From Laetmonice hystrix (Eukaryota), in contig OZ249436.1 of assembly GCA_965235115.1 (NCBI GenBank), positions 13,828,001 through 13,888,000 on the forward strand: a stretch of 60,000 nucleotides of DNA. The letters run 5' to 3'. This document shows positions 42,087-56,500 of this stretch, piece after piece. Below the pieces are notes generated by a model. That model was not told the origin of the DNA. It searched no databases and saw only the letters and a list, made by a program, of their open reading frames with translations. The first letter of the stretch is position 1, and each line of letters opens with the position of its first letter. The translations under genes were made by a program, and so were the position numbers.

Positions 42087-45000
42087 GAAACTATACATAA
42101 TGGCATACATAATAAGGTGTAGACTTACAGTTATACATATGGTCCTACAACCTCAAAACTGTACGTCTAAGAGATGCGTTGTTGTCAACCTGGTTCATGA
42201 ATACATTTACATGGGTAGATAATATATACATTCTATCCGTAATTAACGGAACGACATACTCTTATGGACGTACGTAGGCCTACTAATGCAATTGTACTGC
42301 ATTGGCCATGCGTTTGGCTGTGAGCTGGTAACAGCTATTGGTTTCTATAGAGCAATGTTCTGTTATTCAGAACCCAGTCCGACCACAACCTTACTGGGAG
42401 AATATTCTGTAATGTAATTAAGCATATGGATGAGAGGGACATGGTATGAATGAAATATTCTATTAGACATGAGTATGAAAGACGAGCCTCTCCTTATTGC
42501 ACGACGCGGCGGTTGCACATTTTGGCTGGCGATTGTCTCCTGCAGCGTTGGCTCCGGTAGGTCGGCGGCATTCGTCACCGACCAATTTACATTTTATTAA
42601 TCGCCAGAGTTCATCCCAGTGGATGAGAACGCGCATGCGTGGGGAATCAATGTCTCACCGGCGCTCTTTTAGTTGGCGAAATTCTGTTTTGATAAATGTG
42701 TGCCATAACACCGCGGTTATGCAGAATTTGATCAATTTTCGATCTATTAATTCTGTAATATGTTTGAACAGATTTCATAAACAGGTAAAAAGTGTTCATT
42801 GTAAAATGTTTACATGTTGGGTGTTTCCCTAACGTTACTGAAAGAATTAAATCATTATCGAACTAGTGTCGTTTTATTCAGTTTTGGTGAAAAATGACAA
42901 ATGTAAGATAAATATAGACTGATTTGGTTGTTTTTTGGCACTCTGGGTTTTCAGTAGAATCCTCACATCTTTGCCCACAGATTTATTGACAGAAATCCTG
43001 CAGCAACGGCTAAGCCATGGGTAAACAATTTTACGTGGATTTTAGTTGCCCATGGTTTGGAACTTGTCGCACAGTATAGCTGTTATTATAAACGCGGAAT
43101 CTATGCCCCAAGTATTGCAGGATTAGCCTCCATAGATGTACGAAACGCTCCGATAAGATTGAGAATATCGTGCCACTTGACAATCGTGCAAATTCACTTC
43201 TTCCGTTCCAAAGGCGACTAATGGCCACTCTCTCGGAAATACGCCTTGCCATCCTAGTGATTGAAACATTACCCGCTCAGACTGAGCCGACTTTCATAAT
43301 ATGATAACGGTCTTGGCCCCGTCTGGCGAATAGTTTTTTTCTCAGCAGACGGTGGAAAGATGGATGTGCCATACTTCCAATATGTATAGCATTAAGTTTA
43401 CCACATGGGAATACAAAATGGCCTGGTAGACCCATGCCACAATGTGGCTTAGTTCTGCCAAGAGATTTTGTTGTATATTGGGACTTGCATATAACGGTGT
43501 CAGTCGATGTCCGTGTAGACATAGCGTCACTGGATGGACTGTCACCAGCTATTATCATGAGCCGAGCGCCAGAGCAATTAGTTTATCCCGCCAAGAATAC
43601 GTGCTTGTACAGAGAAAGAACAACTTCAGTATCATCGAGACATTCCTTTCGAAATGACACCTTTCAAATGAGTATTTTTCCATGTAGAATGAATATCTTG
43701 AGTGATATAAAATGTGTCCCTGCCCTGTCAAATGTTGGTATGGATGGCGTCACGTTTAGCAGAAGAGTTGGTTTGACATTCGCGAGAGACATTACTTCCT
43801 GGCGGGTATCTCTATTTACGTTCATGAGGCATGCAAGCAAGAATACACTCTATTGGTTTTCTTAATCCTCTCCAGAACGTAGTCACATATTTTCTTTGAG
43901 CATGGTTATACTCGACTCTAGAATACGAGTACTCGAAGGGATACCCGAAACTTGGATCACCTCTGCCTTGTATCCTGGCCAGAGAATGTATCTACCAAAG
44001 ACTTGCGTCTCTCCCACGGGCCCTGTCGATGGTGTCTACGACCTCTGGTAACGAGTAGAATATATGGATATAATTATATACTTGCACATGCAATGTTTTG
44101 TATGTTTATTAGTTCATGATGAAATTCTAAGTTATTACTTCAGTTATATATGTTTGATTTGACCTGTGTCTGGTTCAGCAAGTCTTGTTATCGTTTTCAG
44201 GTCAGCGATGGTCGTGAAACGGTTACCAAAGTTCCTAAAGCTCCTGTACTTGGGTTTGGTCTCTAATACAAGGAGTTATAGGTTTTTGTGCATGGTGGTT
44301 GTATCCGAGCACATCTCTTCAAACTTCCCTTTCCCTTTCACCAATGCTGCTGTGGGCAGAGTGAGTTACGACTTCATTGATCAGACTAAAGTCATTTCAT
44401 ATGAAAGGAGTCGTGCTCTATGCTGGGAAGCGCCCGGAGCCCAGCGTCGATTCTGATCAAACTCAGTTTGTCATTTGCCATGCGTCTGGATATGAAGAGG
44501 CCATGCCTCCATATCCTAACGAGAACCTCGGCCGAGGGAGTTAGGTTCTCCGCCCGACTGGCCGCCCTCAGTCAGAGCCGCCTTCAATCGGCATCGATAG
44601 AAAGTGCCCCGGGAAGACTTAAATGGCAAGGCCGATCTATGGATTCTTGCAGGCCGGTCCAGCACCAAGTCTATGAGCTCCGATAACCACTCCGGCAGTG
44701 ACGGTAGAATGTGGGAAACCGTTCAGGACTGGGATGTTTGAGGTTCGTGTCTGCCAGCCATGATAACGGCCCGTCCCGGGTTAGGGGTCCGCGGCCACAG
44801 TAACGGGTATTACAGTGGCACGAGCTCCCCGAGCTCTTCCAACTCTTCCCCTGCCAGTTTACTATAACTTTCAAACAGTAATTAAAAGTGGCGCTCGTCC
44901 TGCTCCTTCCCCAGGTTTCAGAATCCACAACAAAAGTGAATGGAGGGCTGTGGACCACCCCCGACAACAGGCCTCTTCTGTGCTGACTTTTTCTGTATTG

Positions 45001-46663
45001 AACTAGTGGTCATTTGGCATTTTGAGGTTGGAGCCCGAACTGTGACCTACAGCTGCAGCGTGCCGCAACATCGTTGGCTTCGTATCCGGAATTCCTGCCA
45101 GGCCGACGACGGTAGGCATTCTTGACGAATTCCACGGCCGAAATCGGAACCGGCCGAAGCCTCGCTGGAGTTCGTGGCTTCAAAGTGACCTGGGTGACCG
45201 TCCGGTCGCCAAGCGTGTACAAGTATCCATGTTAACTCTCTCCCTGGTCTGCCCAGAGCAGCAGGCTCGGTTTTAACATGGGCGCTGTGTGCGATTCATC
45301 ATCTAGTGAATATCGTGGGCCGATGTTTTCTTCATGCTGACGTTACTTTACCCTAGTTATTTACGAATCTCTGGCAGTACTACTTGGCCTGCATCTCTAT
45401 AAAGCTTCAGTCATTAACCTATGCCATAACACAAGGAGATGACATAACACAGTATGTCCTACAGAAGTTACAACAGCAGGACACAGGACAGACAGAGCGG
45501 TCAGGTAACCCGCACCAGACAAGGAACAGTTGAGGTTACCTGAATGCACTGGACCTTCTTGATGTTTGCTCGAGATGAGCTCAGATACCAACGCACGATA
45601 GAAATTCTTGATAAATCTTGATAAATGTAGACCCCCGGGAGGCAATGGGCTATTTTTCAAAAAGAACATGGTCAGCGTTCTTCCAAAATGGTGGTCTACC
45701 CCTCCCCCTCCCCACACACACGCACTCGATCTCTGCCCTCCCTGCCCATCCTTTAGGGCGAGAACCCCCAACTATCCGGCCAGCCGCCCACTTGTTTTTG
45801 GCGGCCAACTCACCTGTTTGGTGGAAAATAAATGGCTTCCTGGTATGTTTTCACAATATCGTATACGTTTTATTTTTTTTGTACTTTTTTTTCGCTGACA
45901 ATAATAATTACTGCTACTCAGGACGGCTTTCCAAAAAATGTTACAACCATTACCCGATGTTCTTCCCTCAAAGTGTAGCGACCCATAGACTCTAGGCCCC
46001 ATCTCTTCTTAATGAGTCACTGTATAGTGTCTTGAAAGGTATCTGTGGCAGTACTACTTGGCATGCATCTCTATAAGTGAAAAGTGTCTAGGTGATTTGA
46101 CTTCTGTTATCTACTTATCCGAACATCGCATATTTTTCAAGTTCTGTATGGACAGTGGATTCATCGTTGATGAAATCAACACTTGGCCTGGGTCATGATG
46201 CACACGGGGTCCAGGGTTGGGCTCTTCCTCCGTATCATCCTGCCAACCGGTGCACGGTGGCCCAGGGCCTTGGTTTGCAGGACTTGCTCTGTGTTGATAG
46301 GAGAGCATATGATGTGGCCAGCTATCTCCTACGTCTTGTTACACACTTCACCAGGATCTACGCCGGCGTACGTTGTACAGACCGCTTATTTACGCATGCA
46401 GGAGACTTGCTGTGTGTATGTATATAGGTCTGCTTCGTCATATCTAGGTCAGGCACCAAGTTACTAGTATTTTCGGCACCCTGTCAGCGCCATGGCCGTT
46501 CAAGTCTGCTGGTGATCTACGACTAGCATGGCCAGAGATTCAGGGCTTGCCTGCAAAGTGCATTATCCCGAAACAGTCCCACAATATGGAGAAATCCTCG
46601 AAAGTCTGTCTATTTCCGTTGTGTGGTTATAATGACGACGGTATGGAGAGAGAGAGAGAGACA

Positions 46664-46708
<45 letters not shown>

Positions 46709-49700
46709 AGAGAGACAGACAGAGAGAGAGAGAGAACGAGAGAGAGAGAGTTAGTTGGGGGGGGGGGGGTGACCTTGCGTTTCATAAGATCCGCTTTATG
46801 ATACGATGGAAGGGTGACCTTACGTTTCATAAGATCCGCTTTATGATACGATGGAAGCCTGGTGATACATAATTATGCCCTCCTCTGATACACCTATACA
46901 CCTAGATAGGCCTAGACGTCTGGTCACGGCAGTTTCTGTTGTGTCTAGGCCTACCTACGTAGGTATTCGAGTAGTATTCAAAGTTTATGCTGAAAGTGTT
47001 TATTTTAGTTTACCTTTGTGCTGTCTGGAGCTACTTTCAATGTCATTCAATTCGTGCCTGGGCCAAACCCTCAAAACGACATACTACTATGTTTTAGACA
47101 AAGCGTCCCCACAGCCGGGCCATCGCCGTGCAGGGCCCTTGTATCGAACTGGCCGCTCCTTCCAGCCGTGGTAAGGGTCTCAGTCCCCTTGAAACCCATG
47201 GTCGTACTAACGCTGTCTCTGGGGTTCCAGCCGTGGCAAGGGTCTCAGTCCCCTTGAAACCCATGGTCGTACTAACGCTGTCTCTGGGGTTCCAGCCGTG
47301 GCAAGGGTCTCAGTCCCCTTGAAACCATGGTCGTACTAACGCTGTCTCTGGGGTTCCAGCCGTGGCAAGGGTCTCAGTCCCCTTGAAACCCATGGTCGTA
47401 CTAACGCTGTCTCTGGGGTTCCAGCCGTGGCAAGGGTCTCAGTCCCCTTGAAACCCATGGTCGTACTAACGCTGTCTCTGGGGTTCCAGCCGTGGCAAGG
47501 GTCTCAGTCCCCTTGAAGCCCATGGTCGTACTAACGCTGTCTCTGGGGTTCCAGCCGTGGCAAAGGTCTCAGTCCCCTTGAAACCCATGGTCGTACTAAC
47601 GCTGTCTCTGGGGTTCCAGCCGTGGCAAAGGTCTCAGTCCCCTTGAAACCCATGGTCGTACTAACGCTGTCTCTGGGGTTCCAGCCGTGGCAAAGGTCTC
47701 AGTCCCCTTGAAACCCATGGTCGTACTAACGCTGTCTCTGGGGTTCTGAAATACCTCACGCAATGTAGACGAAATACTCTGGTATGGTCAGACTTTTATA
47801 TCGTGGTAGGTAATGGCCATCTATAGGTATTACTGTCACAGCATCCATGTACTGATTTCAAACTTGGCAATGCAGAGAAGTTGACATATCGCATGGTTGG
47901 GTTATTATCGTGAGTTTCATCGAAATGTAGGTTATATGCATTATTAATATCGTGTGGCTTCCTTTCTCAATACGAAAGAAAATTGTGACGTCGGCCTATT
48001 ATGATGTCGGAAGCGATCGTAAAACACGTCATAGAAGGGAAAGAATGTAAGACAGAAAACAAAGGGAGAGAGAAAACAAAAAGAAAGCCCCTCCCCTTAA
48101 TTAACACAGAGGATCGACTGTTATGCCGACACCGATCCTTGGTACGAGTTGGGTGTCAGCGATCTGTCGGTTATATCCGACCATACAATGTTACTACTGG
48201 CCTACTCCTGCCACACTATAAGGTGTCGCCATAGCCGTGATATGGATAGGGCAGTAAACAGCCAGTGGATGAATCATCCCTGATTGTTTTTCATAATCCG
48301 GACACTGTTACCATAGCGGAATGGGCAGAACTAGGCCGAGACATTCCCCGAAAATTGGCGTCGGTGTCCGTTTAGTTGGGCGGCGTCGGGTGGCAGTGGC
48401 CTGACTTCCTCATTCCTATCGTTGGTACACCGTACCAAGAATATCTCTGCTCTCAGCGACAGATGTTTACCATCAAAGTCGACGAGTTCCGAGGTGAGCA
48501 GATGCTATACGGTAATTCCCTTTAACCCAGCTTGACCAAGGTGCGTTCACATAAAACTCACCTTCTCCGGTGGCCTTTTAAAAAACAAACATAATGAATC
48601 AAAGCAAGCACAGGATCTGTTGGGCAGTCGTAGATTTATAGTCCCAATCCAAAACTGAAGTACAGAGGACGGGGCCGCGGCATAGAATTTTAGTTGGAAA
48701 AGATACCTTTCAAAACTCAGTGTATGAATGTATGGTGTCTAATCTGGTCCTTTTAAAATATCCATGCATGAGTCTTTGAAGATCCATTTATTTCGTTACA
48801 ACTACATTCATGTTTTTCTTCATGCATGTATGACCTAAAGCCAAAATCGTGATTTTATTTGTGTGTTAAGTTGTTTATCTCACAGCGATCCCTGTATTTT
48901 GACGGGTTCCCCATACTGTATTCGGATATTGTGAGGGTTGTCTGGGACGTAAGGCCAGGATTTGGCGGTAGAATTGGCCGGGTTTGGTAGATTCTGGTTC
49001 CATTACGTCGGAGGACTGCCAGCCGTGCAGCTACACGCGCCAGCCAGTCTGATAGGTTGGTGTACAACGGCTTCAACTAACAACGCTACCAACGAGTTAC
49101 CTGTAACAATAGATTGTCATGATATAAGTAACACCAATCCGCGGAGATCCAATCCCATTTGTATGTGCCGATCGTGGCCAGCATAGAGACCTACTCATGT
49201 AGAGACTCTAACTGGGTCTGGGAAACGTGTGGTGCACGCCACCAGCTTCCCTCTCTTTCGTTTCTTTTCCTCCTTTTTTTCTTTCCATTTTTTTCTCCGC
49301 TTGCTGTTGTTCATGGGCATGGTTCTGTTTTCGGAGCCGATTGAAGCCGAGGGGTCCTGTAGGTTGAGGTGTTCGCGAACTGGTCTTCAGCTGACTACAG
49401 CCCATCTGTTGAACTTCAGCCAAGCCAAACCTAAGTTGTAAACATCCTGACAGGCTGCAGGATCATGACTATTGCACAGTTGATACGATTTCGCTGCAGG
49501 CGTGCTATGTCATCGGCAATGCCGCCTGTGTCAGCCAACTGACGTGGGTGCGCCGCTAGCAAGGCCATGCCGTAATGAATGACAGCATGAGCGGCAAAGA
49601 GAGACCGATTGCAACCTTTAATGTGTCTTCCAAGTTCAAGGGCGTAATTATCACTAAGAAGTCGAGTGTTGCCTGGTGAAGGCTGTGTTGGTCTTGGTAC

Positions 49701-52700
49701 AGCATCCATTAGCCCGTAAGCACCTGGTTCCCAGCTGTACAAGGCGAAAATACACATTGAACCTACGTCCTTCTCTCAAGGCATCGCAAACATTACTTTG
49801 TCCAGGGAAGGGCAACTATGAAACAAACGACCAAACATAATGTAATCATATTCGGTACAGATTACTTATAATTGATAATGATAATTTCTTGGTTTTATCT
49901 TGAAAATAATAAGCCCAACAAGTAAGAGGTAATGTAAAGAAACATATCGGATCGCCTTGGCGATAGCTTTAGAATAGAGGGGCATATATAGGGGTGTATA
50001 TGTTGTGTATAATTTTCAACAGTTTCTAAGCCATACCAACGGATCCTTTTAGCAGGTGTAGGGAGTATCATATTTCATCCATCACTTGAATTCCACAGAG
50101 CACCGTGGAATCCGGCCTCACTTCCACACCCACACCCACTTCCCCCTTCATACCCAACAAAAATTCCTACATACTGCCTTGGTGTAGCAATGTGTCATAC
50201 ACCAAAGATTTTCAGGGTGAGCCGTGTCATGAGCAATAAAGTATTTCGGATATTCGCTTGGAACCCCTGGCAGGCTGGCATGTAGTGATGCTTGGTGTAT
50301 GGAACGTGTGGGTGGATGCTGTAGGTGTCCGTCTGGCCTGTTACACCAGCGTGACACCTTGCCCAGGAATTAAGGCATGAGACTTGCCCTGAGTGTGAAG
50401 TGTCTTGTTGCTAGTCAACCACCCGCAGATTATGCCCATCGTGTCCTGGTGATAGGTGCAGGCGTTGAAGGACCTGCAATAACTCAAACATCAAAGTTCC
50501 AGTCTGTCGACCCTCGTTTCTTGTTCTCATCTTATTTACCAATGTTTCTTTCCACGGGAAGGATATCGCACGGTTATATGAAATTAGCTCGAAAAAAGTC
50601 TTTTTAAGTTCTATCAGGGGCAGGTTAGTGATGACAGCTGAACCGAGATTGAGGTGTTTTGACCTGGATCAAAATACTTGGGATTCGAATTATACTAGTT
50701 GCACAATGCCCTTTGATTTGTTGAATTTTCAGACGGTTTCTTATTCCTGCTTCTGAAATGTATCAAACGTTAGTAGTAATTCCATTACAGTGTGTGTATA
50801 CGAGGCAGGTCTCAATCCCTTAATCACATCAATAGATGAGGGATGTGCCAAGGTTTCTTACTGTGACACACCATCACCACGAACAACCACCTCCACTAGC
50901 CAAGGCCTTTGATAGCGGCATCACAGCCAGCTAACAACCATCCGCCAGGGGCCATGCTGTCCTGTATCTAGGAGCAGACTTTGGGTTCGCTTCATTCACT
51001 ATAATAGACACAACTAGACATGTCGTGGCTAGACCACGATGGATCCCATCCCCTGGGCGACATGTCCTTTCCGTAATGTTCTGAGTAGGGTTAACTATGG
51101 CTCTATCGACTAAATGATGTCATTATGATGTATGATGTCAGGATATGTATTTATGACGTCATACGTAATGCTATGTCATCTAACTTGGCGTCAATTGAAA
51201 GAGCATGACTTCCTATTCACGTTCAATATTAACTATGGCCATATCTTGCACCGCCTTTGAGTTATAGGTCTTACAAGATGCCAATGACGTCATTATGTCG
51301 TAATACGTCACGCTACCTAATGAATATTGGTGTCACTTGAAGGAGCATGTATGACTTCCTATTCATGTTCAATAGTAACCATGGCTTTATCTCCCACCGT
51401 TTAAGAGTTATAGGCCCTAGAAAATATTGATGACGTCACATCACGCTACCTCATCAAACTTGGCTTTAATTGAAAGAGCATGTATGACTTCCTATACATG
51501 TTCAATAGTAACTATGGTCCTATCTTGCACTGTTTTCGACTTATAGGCCATAGAAGATACCAATGACGTCATTATTACGTCATACGTCACGCTACCTAAT
51601 AAATGTTGGTGTCAATTGAAAGAGCATGCATGACTTCCTATTCATGTCCAATAGTAACCATGGTTTTATCTCCCACCGTTTAGGAGTTATAGGCCTTAGA
51701 AAATATTGATGACGTCACTATGACGTCAAACGTCAAGCTACGTCATTAAACTTGGCCTCAGTTGAAAGAGCATCCATGACTTCCTATTTGTTTTCAATAG
51801 TAACCATGGCTTTATCTCCCACCATTTAGGACGTATATACCCTAGAAAATACGGATGACGTCATTGTGACGTCATAGGTCACGCTATGTCATCAAACTTG
51901 GCGTCAACTGAAAGAGCATTCATGACTTCCTATTCGTGTTTAATAGTAACTCTGGCTTTACCTCCCACGTTTAAAGTGATAGGCCCTAGAAAATATTGAT
52001 GACTTCATTATGACGTCATACGTCACGCTACATCATTAAACTTGGCCTCAATTGAAAGAGCATGTATGACTTCCTATTCGTGTTCAATAGTAACTATGGT
52101 CCTATCTTGCACCGTTTTCGACTTATAGGCCATAGAAGATACCAATGACGTCATTATGACGTCATACGTCACGCTACCTAATAAATGTTGGTGTCAATTG
52201 AAAGAGCATGTATGACTTCCTATGCATGTTCAATAGTAACCATGGCTTTATCTCCCACCGTTTAGGAGTTATAGGCCTTAGAAAACATTGATGATGTCAT
52301 TTTGACGTCATACGTCACACTACGTCATCAAACTTGGCGTCAATTGAAAGAGCATGCATGACTTCCTATTCATGTCCAATAGTAACCATGGTTTTATCTC
52401 CCACCGTTTAGGAGTTATAGGCCTTAGAAAATATTGATGACGTCACTATGACGTCAAACGTCAAGCTACGTCATTAAACTTGGCCTCAGTTGAAAGAGCA
52501 TCCATGACTTCCTATTTGTTTTCAATAGTAACCATGGCTTTATCTCCCACCATTTAGGACGTATAGACCCTAGAAAATACGGATGACGTCATTGTGACGT
52601 CATAGGTCACGCTATGTCATCAAACTTGGCGTCAACTGAAAGAGCATTCATGACTTCCTATTCGTGTTTAATAGTAACTCTGGCTTTACCTCCCACCGTT

Positions 52701-53482
52701 TAAGAGTGATAGGCCCTAGAAAATATTGATGACTTCATTATGACGTCATACGTCACGCTACGTCATTAAACTTGGCCTCAAATGAAAGAGCATGTATGAC
52801 TTCCTATTCGTGTTCAATAGTAACTATGGTCCTATCTTGCACTGTTTTCGACTTATAGGCCATAGAAGATACCAATGACGTCATTATGACGTCATACGTC
52901 ACGCTACCTAATAAATATTGGTGTCAAATGAAAGAGCATGCATGACTTCCTATTCGTCTTCAATAGTAACTATGGCCCTTACTGGCACCGTTTATGAGTT
53001 ATAGCCATAGATAGCCAAATTGACCACTGTTCAAAACTTTGAGGTCACGTGACTCAGCGAATGTAGGTCAAATCCATTGTAGAAAGGCGGATTCCTTTGG
53101 AACTCTCATTAGACACCATTCCTGTGCAATTTCATAAAATTTTAATGAAAATTAAGGAAGAAAGAGGGATTTAAGCATTTTATGACCTTTGACCCAGATT
53201 TCAGACAGGTCATAGGTCAAAGGTCAAAATATTTGCAAAAAAATTATCAGGACCTTGCCCAATTCTGACAGTGTCATCAGTTCCTGGAAAGTATCCATAT
53301 TGACTTTGAAAACCGTCCTAATAGTCACAACACGAATGACGTCATGACGTCATGACGTTACGTCATGTGACGTCATGACTCATTGTCACATCAGAGTTGG
53401 TGACTGGCAACATGCCCACCAAGTTTGACTTAGATATCCTGAAAAATGACCGAGTTATGACCCCTGTTAACAATTGTTAACA

Positions 53483-53520
<38 letters not shown>

Positions 53521-56500
53521 GCAAATAATAATAATAATAATACGGAAACCGAAACCACACAATTTCTAGATCCCATCCCCTGGATAGGGGATGGGATAAT
53601 AATGACAAGACGTACCGTCTGCTCTCCGTTAACACCAGTTGACGGGTGGCGTCCGCCAGGCGGAGGCCAAACATTAATTAATAGGCGGCACACACCGTAC
53701 GTCATATTACCCGGGGCGTACTTCTCGTCAGGCTTATCTCTTCGGACCGTCATTCATGAAACAATGAAACACCCAGAATATACCATTATTATAGAGTCTG
53801 TTGTCGGGTTACATAGTTACTGAATAGATCAGCCGGTTTGGGGTATACACAAAACCCGTTCGACGTCACTGATTGAGGCAGCTCGTGTTGTTTTCTACCT
53901 GTGTGGATTTCCAAGCCCCCTTAATTTACACAAAAGTTAATAATAAATGGCATATAATGTGGACCGTTCTTTTCCCCTTGTTTTTCTAACATCTGGCTTA
54001 GACTCGTTTTCTATGTAGGTAATTTCACTCGAATGTATATTATGAATGAGCCACATGTTAAAAAAGATGTGAGAAAGGAATTCCGTCTATTTCGGGGAGA
54101 TTGGGTAACAAGTTTCATATGGAAAACCAACTTGTTACGAGTACCAGCATCCGCCCCTCTAGTAAGTGGGAGGCCTAGCTGAAGGTCATTCGGTCGTTGT
54201 TATTCCTGAGGTTAGACAAACATTTCCTGATATCATGGGTTAGACAAACATTTTTCTGACGTCATTTTATTTATGGTCATTTTACGTATGGACTCATGAT
54301 ATCCAGTCCCTACGCTGAATATAACTTTAGTATCTTCCTGTAACATCATATTAAATATGTTTTTCCGAGAAAGGGTATAACTTACATTGGCGTCCACAGG
54401 GGAGTTGGGGTTGAGGTTGCGAATCAAAACAAGAGTAAGCACGGTATAGGTATATGATTTGCATTTTTTCGAAATTTATCTTCTGCATGGTATACCTCCG
54501 TACTGACCAGGTGCCCCCCCCCCCCAAGTCGAATTCGACCTACCCTTTGGAAATCCTGGAAACGCCTGTGACGTACGTTGTAAACAGGAAATGTCATTCA
54601 GGTAGTTTGAGAATATTTACGAAAACACTTATCCCTTTATAAACAGGGGAATACATATTATACCAAATGTATGAACGTGAATATTTCGTCTGATACCAGC
54701 ACATAGAAAATCTATATGGCAGCTGTAGTCATTGAAGCTGAGGCTGGAGGCAGTGGAGCTGGGCACTTGGACAGAATCCTTGTGTGGACGAGTTTTCATA
54801 GAGATGAGCTGCTTGCCTATTATTGAGCCCAGTCCAGGATTGGCAGGTCTAATCCACCAGTAGTCTATCATATTGCAACACTCTCGAAATCGGCTCCCAC
54901 GCGTCAAGCGGGATTAGGGGCCTTCATTCAAAAAGCCGTCTGCCTTGGCGTGTATTTTGAAGACAGGACCAGGAAATCATTGAGAAGCGAGTTTTTCTTG
55001 GGCATTCAAAGATGATGATTGCGCAGCTTTCTGGGGTGAAATGCCCAGTTTAGTGACACCGTTGCGCCATTGCTGTTTAGAATAATGGTGGTTGGCGTTA
55101 TCTGGATTTACCTCTCGCTTCAACCTGACGAGGAAGGCGGTAAGAACGGTGGCTTATAGTTAGACTGATAATGTAGCGTGCGCAAGGCACAGGGCGCACA
55201 GGGCGCACAACTAGACATCGAGGGACCCATGACGATCAATATAATAAGCGGAAAAAGACGGAAGAAAATCTGTGCTGACTCGATAAACAATTTCTATAGA
55301 GTTGTTCACCAAACGGGACGTTTATATTCCATGTGCAGTCGATAGATAGGTGATGCACCAGAAGAATATTGGATAAATTCACAGAAAATATACACTGTAT
55401 AAATGATACGAACACAATTTCTTAAAGGTTTATTAACACGAAGATAAAACATTACGTTTTAAAAAGATTTTGGTAGATAAGATTATCCATCAAAAACAGA
55501 GATAAAATCAGAGTCATTTTGCATCGTAAATCACTACGTCGTTCCGTCACGACGTGAAATCATCGAAATATATCAATCGGAGTTGACGTATCCCTTGTAG
55601 GTATAAGTTTATTACATGATGGTACGTATCAATCGGAGTTGACGTATCCCTTGTAGGTATAAGTTTATTACATGATGGTACGTATCAATCGGAGTTGACG
55701 TATCCCTTGTAGGTATAGGTTGATTACATGATGGTACGTATCAATCGGAATTGACGTATCCCTTGTAGGTATAAGTTTATTACATGATGGTACGTATCAA
55801 TCGGAGTTGACGTATCCCTTGTAGGTATAAGTTTATTACATGATGGTACGTATCAATCGGAGTTAACGTATCCCTTGTAGGTATAAGTTTATTACATGAT
55901 GGTACGTATCAATCGGAGTTGACGTATCCCTTGTAGGTATAAGTTACATGATGGTACGTATCAATCGGAGTTGACGTATCCCTTGTAGGTATAAGTTTAT
56001 TACATGATGGTACGTATCAATCGGAGTTGACGTATCCCTTGTAGGTATAAGTTTATTACATGATGGTACGTATCAATCGGAGTTGACGTATCCCTTGTAG
56101 GTATAAGTTTATTACATGATGGTACGTATCAATCGGAGTTGACGTATCCCTTGTAGGTATAAGTTTATTACATGATGGTACGTATCAATCGGAGTTAACG
56201 TATCCCTTGTAGGTATAAGTTTATTACATGATGGTACGTATCAATCGGAGTTGACGTATCCCTTGTAGGTATAAGTTTATTACATGATGGTACGTATCAA
56301 TCGGAGTTGACGTATCCCTTGTAGGTATAAGTTTATTACATGATGGTACGTATCAATCGGAGTTGACGTATCCCTTGTAAGTATAAGTTTATTACATGAT
56401 GGTACGTATCAATCGGAGTTGACGTATCCCTTGTAGGTATAAGTTTATTACATGATGGTACGTATCAATCGGAGTTAACGTATCCCTTGTAGGTATAAGT

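Noticed and set aside
41868..42222. Poly-Tyr and poly-Ile ORFs
   Set aside because: (TAT)n microsatellite.
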